From assembly GCA_002633005.1 (NCBI GenBank), contig NMRA01000035.1, forward strand, positions 248,001 through 312,000: a DNA stretch of 64,000 bases, in the 5' to 3' direction. This DNA is from Phoronis australis (lineage: Eukaryota; Animalia; Phoronida). Under the pieces are notes generated by a model. The model had not been told where the DNA came from and did not search any database. It saw nothing but the letters and a program-made list of their open reading frames with translations. Of this stretch, positions 12,574-23,479 are shown piece by piece; position 1 is the first letter of the stretch; the number at the start of each line of letters is the position of its first letter. The position numbers were made by a program, and so were the translations under genes.

Positions 12574-15500
12574 ATGATGTCAACAATTCCTTGGAATCAG
12601 GCTACCCAAGTTGGTCAATGGTACGATTTGGGTCCCCGACACCAACATGGTGTATGCATAATAACACAGGAGTTGCATTTTTCTTTATACGTTACATTCC
12701 AAACGTGCTTCAATTCAGTAAATTCAGTCGATTTCGCGGCTTTCTTTCCGACTGAACATTCTAACTAATGATCCGGTCCACTTTGTAGTGAAGATTAGGC
12801 AACACGTTGTCACCTAGGAAAAACACGTTGGCTGGTTAAGGACTACAATACTTCCCATCGCTTTCTGTATTTATCTGTATTTATTTCGCCCCGTTTATTT
12901 TAAACGGGCGGTAGGCGAAATCCGCTCACCTAGCTATTGAGTTTTCAGCTCGTCAAAAATACATTCTACACTTCACTTAAAAAAGCGCCTACTTTCTTCA
13001 GTGGTCTTTCCTACTTCTACACACATCTTTGAGGAAGCATAGCTACGAGAATCAAGGTGACTTTGGAGAAGAATTCCAACTCTGCTTTTTGGTCACGGAT
13101 ATCTTTGCCCAGCTCGCGCGATAACCCCGAAGTATTTCAACTAAGTCACGTGAGTTAGGCAATAACTTGGCAACAAGTTGACCCACGGTTGGCCGGTCAG
13201 GGGCTACAATACTTCCCACCGCTTTCTGTACGAATTTTGTCCTGTGTATTTAAAACGAGCGGTAGGCCAAATCCGGTCACCGATTGAGAGTTTTCACTTC
13301 GTCGACAATACACTGAAAAAGACGTTTGACGTCGTCAAAAATAGGTTTTACACTTAAAAATATTGTTGCAAAAAGCGCTTACCTTCTTCAACGATCCTTT
13401 ATGTCTCTGTGCATATCTTGATGAAGATTCACTATGGGAATTGGGGATGACTTGGGCAAAGAATTCCAACTCCACTTTTTTGGTTGCTGTTAACTTTTTC
13501 ATTGTGCGCGATAACCGCAAAGTGATTCATTTTATGTTATTTACTGTATTTTGTAATAAGTAACTTTTTATCTCCTGAGTACGCCTATAGCATACACCGC
13601 CATATAATTGCCTAAGTGTAGGCAAGTGGTTTTTAGTGTTTATATTATTGGCATTAGATTTTGTTTAAGTGTTGTGATCACTGCCCTAGGTTATTTTCTA
13701 CAACCCGACTCTAAAATCATAGCCACTGCAGGTCTCGACACTTGGCGTAACAAATGTCAAGTCACCAAATGCAACTTGGCAAAGTGAGGTCGACAGACAT
13801 GAACTGAGTTCATAGTTCATACCATTGCATTTCTACTGTTTAATACTCTCATTCATATGCAAACAGCGTAACTTTCACCCACTCTGCCATGGGCGATGTC
13901 TATAGACACAACATAAGCAGAGGCTCGATTCATTAGTAAACAACACTTTCCGCGTTGGAGTTGTCTACAGTTGGTGCTGTATGAGTGTTTGATCCTGTAG
14001 TTGGTTTACGGGCACTTAGAATTGCGAGCATGCAAGTTTCCGAAATGCAACCGATTTTACAAACTTTGATCAGACTTTGAGTCATAAGCTTCATATCCTC
14101 TCTGTCTTTTCTTTGTCGTGCATCCATTGCGTTTTCAATCTTTGTTGTCATTAATATTACGGAACTTTTTAACGCCTTTTGTCATTGTGTTTACGTGAAC
14201 ACCAAAAGTGTTGCTTAGCAAGTTTGTGGACTGGGAACTACTTTCAATCTGCCCAATGGCACGCCACCTGTTGCCCTTTCTCATGGGCGGCATTCCACAA
14301 ATCTACGTAGTTGGTACAAATTTTGGAGTAGATTTGACATCATTTTTCTCTTGAAAAGACCAATAAAATTTGTGTTAAAAGATCCCATTCAGTGGCTTTG
14401 AAATCCCGTTGTTACTGTGCCTTACCACAGGAGCCAGAGCATATCAATATTGGCCTAAAATTCTCCACAAATCACTGCGTGGCCCATTGAAAGGGGCATC
14501 TGGCATTTTAACATTTCTAACTTAAACCGTTTTTGAAGCTTGAACCGGGACTATACAAAAATGTCTGCAATTGCCAACTGGATTCGTGCAATTTCGAATT
14601 ATGTTAATTTTCTGGATTTCTTGGAAATTTACAGCAAAATGCAGATGGTATACTTACTTTTTTGTGTAGCGTAATTCCAGGCATGTCTTTGTCAGCCGCA
14701 TTTTGTGTCCTTCATATTGTACCCTTATGTTCCAGGTCACAACAGTATGGTGACAACAGTTCTAAACCAGAAGCTGTATCGGGCAACACGGCCTGGGAGA
14801 AAGCCAAACAAGCGCTGGCTCAACTGCAGGTTGGCAAGAAGGAAGGGGACACAACTCCGACAAAGTCAGCGCAGACGCAGAACCAACATGTCTATCAGCA
14901 GTACATGATGTATCAACAGCAACACATACCATACTCTGGGTATGTATTTGTTAGTCAAAATGAAAGTCATGTTTATTGTCACCTGTCTTCATAGATTGAA
15001 GCTTTAACAAATATGTCTGCGCATGGTTTGTCGCATTGTCCTACCGTCTGAAGTTTGCATGTACTTTAAAAATTTAAAGTGGACATCCACAAAGCGAAGT
15101 TTTGAGTTTGACCATTAATCGCTATAAATTGGTATCAACTTGCTTCTTAATGATTTCTGTGTTTGCAAATCACTGACAGTTCGCCATTCTTCGAGACTGT
15201 GCTCGGTGCTTAACATGACACGCCGTGACAAGCCATCTTGTTAGTCTGATCTCAACCAATAATAAGCTGTTAATTCTTCTTAAGTCAGGAAATCACCTCT
15301 AATTTGACTGAGGAACAATTTGAGACCAATTTCATAAAGGTTAAGTGATCCAAGTGAAAGGCCGTTTTTTGACTGAAGACGGGTTTATAGCTGCTGAAAT
15401 AGTGTCTAGGCTCCTACCCAAGCTGCACTACAATACTTGCCAACTTAGCATTCAAAATAACTATATGTATTTGTGTATTGGTAAAATCTGAACATTAGAA

Positions 15501-18500
15501 ATGAACGAAGCATGTTGTGTTGTGGTACTTTTGTGAAATGTATGCTTTGCTTTGCAGCTTATATGGAAGTGCTCCACCTCCCCCTCCACCTAGACCCCCT
15601 GCACCATGGGGTGTGGGTCCGCCACGTGCCAGTTATCGCAGTGGGCCCACTGCTAATGCTATGAATGGTTTCGTTGGGCTCCAGGACACCACTTATGGCC
15701 AGCCACCTCCCCCACCTCCACAGAGACCCTGGCCAAGAGCCTCCGAGTCCAAAAACAAACGTAAGTGATTTTGTTTTATTCTCATCTTTGTTGTCTTTTT
15801 CACATCTTCATTGTAATGTTAAGACAAAAAGTAAATTTTTTTTGTGGCGTTTAACATCAATATGAACATATTGTTGCACTGGTGTAATATGGAAGTTGTA
15901 CAAAAATTGTGGAGGCGTATGTTCATTGAGTTTTATCAGATAGGCTTGACAGATTTTGAAGGAACTTAGTGGAGATTTACCATTACCAAACATGTTCAAA
16001 TTATTAACTTACACTTATATTGGCTGAAAGTTGTGTTGAGTGCTGCTCAAAAAATGGCCAACAAAGTGAAATAAAATATGAATGAAGTGTTTTATTAAGC
16101 CAAAAATAACACCTCATTTGGTCTATTGCAACTAAAGTACAAATATATGAAATAAAAATATTAATTTGGCCTTAGGTTACTACTCAGTTTTGTGACAGAA
16201 ATTTAACATTTTATCAATAAAAAGTATCTTTCGAATGGAGTTCATATACTGTATATCCGGACATGCGTGTGGGAATTTCCGATGGCATGTGTAGAAGTCA
16301 ACATTTTCGAACTGTAATTGTGCCATTATTGTAAATAGTGAAACAAAGAAACTGATCACATTCTGTGGATAAAGGGGTTCTCGTTTTAATACCACTAGTT
16401 ATTTTCGTCTCAGTTAAGCAGTCCCACAATTCCTTTCGGAGAAACACCGGAAATCATTGCCAAGCCACTTTACCCTTCCTGGTAATGCCTTCATGCTTCA
16501 AGTGACATGGTTTTAAAGAACCAGTTAGATAATGCTTAATACTGCTATCACTTGACCTTTTGTCTCTTTTGGTTTAAAGTGCGGTTTCTCTGAATTTCTT
16601 CCAGAGGCGCCAGGAGCTGGTGGCATCCGCTTTAACATGCCCAAGAGGCCAGTCCAGCAGAACAACGCCTTGTACGATATGGGACCGCGCAAGAAGACGC
16701 GACAGCGCAGCCCCCAGGGCAAGCAGAAGCAGATGCAAACCCCTCCTCCAGCACCCCCACAACCCACCCATGTTAATGATGCTGCTGCTTCTCCAGCCGA
16801 TGCTGACACGTAAGTCAATGACAGGCTTCTTAACTATTCCATTTTTTTGTTTCCATAGCGCCTACCTATTCTGCTCTTGTAGCAAATGTATCCAGACCAA
16901 CGATAATTTTTAGAATCCCTCTTTAACTTCTGAGATGTGTAAATGCGAGGCCATCATAGTAAAAATTCTGTGGTACGAGTTTTCTTTTCTGTTAAACCTC
17001 CAGGAAGTTGGGGCTTTTGAGTTTCACGTGATAGGGATAGCAAGTTTAAGAAAAATTAAGCAAGAAGTCGTACAAATATGAATCTGAAGCAATGACTTGA
17101 GCTGCTTGCATGATGCTATCATGTTGATGTTAAATGTATTTGTTTTTTCAGGAAGTCCACTGCTGTTGGTGAATGGCCACCAAGTTTAAGGTTAGTCAGT
17201 GACAAAGATGTAGGTTGAGTGGTCATTGATGTTATGGTAAAACATGGTTTGTAAGCGCAATAGCTGGATGTAACATACCCACATTTTGAGAACCAGTCTG
17301 ATGCCCGTTATTCAGTGGAAAAAAAAAAGGTTTTTGAAAATGTGGAGACCTTATATCCAACTATTACTGTTCATAAGGCCACGAGTTCAGTCGTCTGGTT
17401 GTACTGGGAATTAATTTGAATATATTAAGCCCTTGGTGTATATTCTGGAAATGTTATTCTGTAAACTGCTTCTATTTCAAAGTAGTGCGATAAAAGGCAT
17501 TCTGAAAACCTCCGAAATAATGTAGTTGTCTTACACTCTGGCTTCAAAATCTCATGTCAGAGGTGTGCTTGGAAATTTTCCCACGGATTACACTTTAGTG
17601 GGCCTGTTTTCAGAAACTGTATATTTATTGCCAAACCCCTCTGCTTAGTTTCTCAACTCTCCCTAATGAGATCGATCACAGTCCGCATACATAGAACAAC
17701 TTCCTAGGTCCATTAAATGCTGCTTGTATCGTGGATAGACATATTATCGCGATTGTTCCTGTTGTGAAAAATTCCCCGATGCCATCGTGTTCATGTGGTT
17801 GGTTGCAGGGACTACGTTGAGCGTGCGTTCAAGGAGCTCGTCTCCGTTGAGGAAAAGGACTTGATGGAGAAGGCACTGAAAGAAAAGATCACAGAGGCAT
17901 TTAATAACCACACGGCGACGACCAAGGACTGGGACAACGAGCCTATACCTATTACAAGGTGAATGGCTTGGCTGTGAGGTGGAGTGAGTGGCACGGAGCC
18001 TGGTGGAGTGTGTGTGTGTGTGTGTGGGTGTGTGGGTGTGAAGGTCCACATGTTATGAGAAGAAGTTTTGTTTCATAATCTTAATATACTTTTAAGAACA
18101 AAACTGGTATGAATCAAATTTTTATTTCTTCATTGTACAGGCTCCGGCAATCGCCAATGCAGACGCGACAAGGCGGTGCACATACAGGCGACCCTCATAC
18201 AGGCAGCCCTCGTGCAGGCGGCCCCCGTTCAGGCGGCCCGCGTGCAGGTGGCCCCCGTGCAGGCGGCCCTCATACAGGCGGCAATCCCAACTACATCCCA
18301 CTTGGCAATAGGGGACGAGGCAATAAGCGCCACTCTCCGCCAGGTTTTAGCAGGTCGTACCGTCCAGAGAGCAGGTCGCGATCGAGGTCCCGCTCGAGGT
18401 CAAGATCAAGGTCACCGTCATCACGACGGAACAGGCGTAGAAGACATAACAGGTTCGTAGGCGTACTGATAGTGGAATAGTTTAGGGTGATCGCAAAAAC

Positions 18501-21500
18501 ATACTCCATTTTCTTGTGTGCTTTCGACCTGGTGTACCACCTGCTGTCTGCTCTTTACTCGAAGCTTCTGCAACATGTAATCAAACCCAATACATTTTCA
18601 TAACCTGAAGTTGGTGATCATGACCTGAACCATATTTACCATCTGGACAAAGGGTCTAGTCTTTGTACTCGAAACTCGACTCAAAAACTGACAAACTGCA
18701 GGGCACGGTTATAGTTAACTTGTAATTTTGTATTCTAATCAGGCTGTGTGAGAGGGTAATTTTGGAGTCGGTGGAGTCTTGAGCTCGGAGATTAGACCCT
18801 GGGCCCTGAATTTCAAATGCTTGCTTGCTCTCAATGTATATCGCTGCTTAATCAGATTTGGTTTTCGATTCCAACTGAGAAAGTTGATGATAAGACACTT
18901 CCGTTCATTCCACAGTTCCAGCTCTGACAATGACAGCGTCTCGTCGAGGTCATCGCGTGATAGTCATGCTGACCACCCCAGGGGCGGGGTCAGAGGTCGT
19001 GGCCGGGGTCGCGGGCGAGGTCGTCTCGACTGGAACAAGAACCAGAGACAGCAGCAAGGAGGGAAGGGCAAACAAACGCCAAAGAAGGGAAAGAAAGGCA
19101 AGCAGGGCATGAAACGGTGAGAATAAACGGTTATTGAGATCCGGAGTTGGAGATCTGCTTTAAGTTGGGAGAGCAGGATCATTTGATCCTGACAAACTTG
19201 GTAATATGTTGGGAAATTTTGACTGGTGTGTCTTATTCAATTTTGATTTCATGTGTGGACTGGAATGACTACGTTTAAAAATAAGTCCATAAGATTGATT
19301 TGTTTAGTTCACAAAAGGAAGGAATTGTTCACAATTATTGCTATTTTCAGTGTACAAAACTGATAGTTTGTCTGGCACCCTTATCTATAGGTCATTATTT
19401 GTGTTAGTGTTAAACTGCTATTACACTCCATAGCCTAATTCTAGTGTTCATCTGTACAGCGCCATGGTAAAAAAATGTTTTCAGGCAATGCGCTACATAT
19501 TTCGTTTCACCTTGAATTGTGTTACCTGACTACTTGCAATCTGAAGATAATAAAAAATTTCAATAGTGACAATGAAATGTTTTGCTGAAAACATGTCCCT
19601 TAACAGTTGAAAATAAACTATTTTACTTAAATACCTACTTACTTCTCGGAAGAGTGAGGGCATGCTTCGAAATAACAATACTAATTGCATGTGTTGTCGT
19701 ACTATGTACACGCACACTGGGTAAACCACTGTATTCCATGCAATGGCTGATTTTGTTTAGTGAATAAATAGTCCTTAAAAACGAAGAAAATAAGTCACGT
19801 TGTTGATTCCTATTTTAAGTCCAATTTTTGTTTTCGAATGCTTTGTTTTGCCGTGTTCTCTGAACATGCCTGAGATGATGTCGTAGTCCCTAGCCAAATG
19901 GCATCCATGAACTATAGTATTATACAAAATAATGGCCTGTAATCTGTATGAGGCAACGTTTGTTACTGGTCCAAGTTTTCCGTGCCCTTTTTACGAGTTC
20001 AACATGCAAATCACTGACTGCACTGGTATTCTAATGATGACGTGATGCTTATTTGAATACAAATTTCGGCTCTTAGGGTAAAAATTGAGCCAAGTTGAAG
20101 TCCGAACAACTGGAACCAGCCGACATTTTGACACTGTTTTTCAGTGGAGGAAAAGTGAGGGAAACAATTGGTTTGGAGTCTTTTACGATACGTTGCAGTT
20201 AGATTTTGTGATGTTTTAACTGTTGGTTGCTTGGTCATTGTGTGAATGATTCGAAAGGTCATTGATAAAATGTTGCCGTTTTTTGACTGCCTTTTTTGAC
20301 ATCACAAGCCCCGACCCCCTTGTTCCCTAAATCGTACAACTTAACTCATGAAAGGCGATAATTGTGAGCGGTTCCTAAAGTGATTTGTTCTTAGCTTGCA
20401 CGTGTCTGGTTATGTCATCTGCTGTTTTTTGTGTGTGACTCGATGCCCTTCGGAAGTGGTTTTTTTGGAACTATTGTTATTTTGAATCTGCGTCAAGTAA
20501 TTGTTTCATGAAGTTTTTCCAATTAAGTGTCCTTGTAGTTTATTAAACCTTCATTTTGTTTCCACATCAGCGATGACCTCAGATTTGACCTTGACACTCC
20601 GGACAAGAGGGAAAAGATGGAAAAAAGAGCCGCGCGGTTTGAGGAGCATCTGACTCAGAAACCGGCCAGAAAGGGGAAGTTGGTGCTTACCATAAACTCT
20701 TACACAGTACGTACGTGTGTTAAGTGTGTGTGTTTTGTTAGTGGCTTGTGCTTGGATGTTCATTTTATGTCAAAATCGTCTGAGGTGGTATGGCGGTTGT
20801 TTCCTGTTTATCATACACAGTACATTGAACATGAATGATTGTTGTCAGGTCTTTGGACTTACATGGTGAACATTTTCATCTGATGGATGGTAAACATATG
20901 TGGTTTCTAAACACCTTGGTCCTTTTTGTAATACGGAGTTGAGTGACATTTGCTGTTCTATTGATTTCAGGAGACTGACGGAGACACTCTGGATTGGAAT
21001 GGCGAGGCCATCACGGGAACATGTCAAGATTTGGAAAAACAGTACTTCAGACTCACTTGTGTATGTAGGGCTGGTTAAACAATTAGTACCCTGTTACTAT
21101 GCATGCTTTATCATTCTGTATTTGGGCTTGGCACACAGTTACATTGAACGTGAGTAGTAACTGGCTGTGTGGTTGTTGCTCTGGTTGAAATTGGTTGGTG
21201 GCTCTGGCGGCCATCTTACTGTACAAAAATGATATCATGTGAAGTTAATCATTCTTTGTTGACTAGGGTATTGGTTAATGTACGAAGTATTTATTGGTAG
21301 GCACCTGACCCGTCTACGGTACGTCCACTGAAGGTACTGAGGAAGTCGTTAGAGAATGTCAAGGCCAGGTGGAAGGTCAAGCAGGACTACAGGTGGACAT
21401 GTGATCAGTTCAAGTCGATACGACAAGATTTGACGGTGAGCTGTTGTCAGATTCTTTGGATGGGCACGACAACGGATGTTGAATAGGATCACTACAATGA

Positions 21501-23479
21501 CTCTTTTGATTTATACATCCCCAGGCTTGTTTTGTAATGGCTTGCACAAGTCTTCTTCCTGGTGGGACTGGAATCTCTCGATGTTTGTGCTCTCTGTGCT
21601 TTTACTCACCGTGGAGTCGGTTCCAGTCTCGGAGTTTTGAACAGGATTTGAATGTGCTCACCAATGTGAAATTAATGTGTACCCCACGTTAGTTTGTGAT
21701 TTGCAGTTCCCAATGTGGGCAGTTTACATTGCTCTGGAACTTTGTACTTAGTTCTCTTGCGGCACATCAGACACATGCTGGCCATGTAGTTGGGCTTATT
21801 TACAGCAAATGAAATTAAGTTGTCAGTGATGCTGTTTAGTTATGAACGTACCTTTCTTTTGTGGCTAAATATGACAAAAAGCTCACGGTCATGTGAATCA
21901 ATTAATGGCAGACTGGTATAAATTCAGTCGTCAAATTCTGCTGAAAGTATATAATTTTACTTTTTATGGAGTTAAGATTTATAGTTTTGTAGATATTCGG
22001 CTTAGTACACCGACTTGTCCATGAGTTCCTTGATAACCCCGATTTCCATGGCACCTTCAGGTTCAATGTATCCGTGACCAGTTCACTGTGAAAGTATACG
22101 AGACGCACGCACGCGTGGCTATGGAGGTGAGCGACCACGAGGAGTTCAACCAGTGTCAGACCCAGCTGAAGCTTCTCTACCAGGACGGCATTGAAGGCAA
22201 CAGGACGGAGTTTGTGGCCTATAGGATACTTTACTACATGTTTACAAGTAACACGTTAGGTGAGGTGTGTGTGTGTGTGCATGCATGTGTGTGTCAGTCA
22301 TACTCTTTGATCTTCAAAATAACTAGGTAAATTGATTTGGTGCAGCTGCCAATGTTCTGAAACGTCAAGTATGGGTGACTGATATTATACATGACATCTT
22401 GTTCTTCATGAATTTGTAATGAATAATTTGTGAAACTACAACAACTTTCCTCACGGTTCCTAACATTTGTTTCACGTTCACAATTTCGAGCGCATTTTGT
22501 AGCCTTGTAGGGCTTTGAGTTCTCATTGAAATGCAGAGTGTTGCTTAGTTGCCTAGTCTGCAACAGAAATTATTGTCGGAACGAAAATGCTGTAAACTTA
22601 GATTTGCAGAATCGCAGTGGGCGCTATTTCAACCTTTTTTCGTCTTCTTTTCCAGATATGACGACGGCCCTTGCCTGGCTGTCTGCAGAAGATAAGCAGG
22701 ATGAATGCGTAAAGCACGCCCTCTCTCTTAGATCTGCCCTGTCTCTCAATAGTTATAATAGGTTCTTTAAGTTATATCAAGTTGCTCCCAAAATGTCAGG
22801 TTACCTTATAGATTGGTTCAAGGACAGGGTGCGAAACCAAGCCTTGAAGGCCATGGCCAAGACGTACGTATATCATACCACGCTGTGCTGTATTTTAAAT
22901 TTCTAAACTTAGTTCTGATTTTCTGTTCTAAAAGAAATAGTGATTATCAACTTTCAACTTCTTGCTCGTTCTAGAGCCGGATTTCGAATCCTTTAAAGCG
23001 GCGTCTTATCTGTTAAATGTATGGTAAGTATTGAAACGATGGTAAATGTGGGATGCAAGTTGATTTATTAGCGATAGATGGGGAGGCCATCTCATTTTTC
23101 GTGATAATGGTCTTGTTGTAATTGACACCTCTTTACAGTTTCCAGGTAAGAGCTGATCTTTTGAGAATAAGTGAGGAAATATTTCAGAATTTGTGATTAG
23201 AAAAGGTAAACGCTGACGTGTATTGTTTCCAGTTTCGCCAACGTAAGTAGTTCAGTGTTGTCGTCAAGTTGTTGTCATTTTGGTATCTCTTGATAACTGT
23301 TGTGCTATCTTTACCCCAGATTCCGGCCAACCCTGCCCGTTGAATACATAAAGAAAGAGCTCGCATTTGACGATCTGGAATCTTGCCACAAGTTCTTAGA
23401 CACGTTTGAGGTCGTTTACAAGGGCGATCGTACTTCAGTCGATTTGAAGGCCAGCCTCGCGAAAATCACTCAGGCGTGA
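12574..23479 (+). CDS. LENG8: LENG8 / Thp3-like SAC3-GANP (PCI) domain protein, 14 coding exons, 762 aa
   Basis: Exons 12574-12620, 14736-14939, 15558-15760, 16605-16809, 17152-17190, 17809-17958, 18141-18452, 18916-19116, 20571-20706, 20971-21060, 21301-21435, 22061-22259, 22656-22863, 23320-23479; all GT-AG with consistent phases, total 2289 nt. Motifs [40 protein letters not shown] tract, [56 protein letters not shown]. The first coding exon is the least certain. Confidence 0.93.
12820..13530. repeat. Diverged ~360-bp tandem duplication in LENG8 intron
   Basis: Shared blocks CTACAATACTTCCCA-CGCTTTCTGTA, GCGGTAGGC-AAATCCG-TCACC, AAAAAGCGC-TAC-TTCTTCA, AGAATTCCAACTC, GCGCGATAACC in ~12820-13140 and ~13180-13530. 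Confidence 0.85.
18008..18040. repeat. (GT)n microsatellite
   Basis: Direct reading; similar tracts at ~9582-9600 and 22265-22294. Confidence 0.9.

Noticed and set aside
12227-12586. 119-aa minus ORF with hydrophobic stretch
   Set aside because: Antisense to a LENG8 exon and its acceptor; no recognisable family.
14662-14735. In-frame ATG at ~14683 or micro-exon 14635-14647 as LENG8 start
   Set aside because: Exon 12574-12620 supplies the split Trp codon of the conserved WSxQY motif and has good splice signals.
15371-15410. Hammerhead-like CTGAAGA...GAAA...GTC
   Set aside because: Stems II and III do not pair properly around the core.
20034-20100. C-box ATGATGA suggesting an intronic snoRNA
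   Set aside because: No suitably placed D box or terminal stem.
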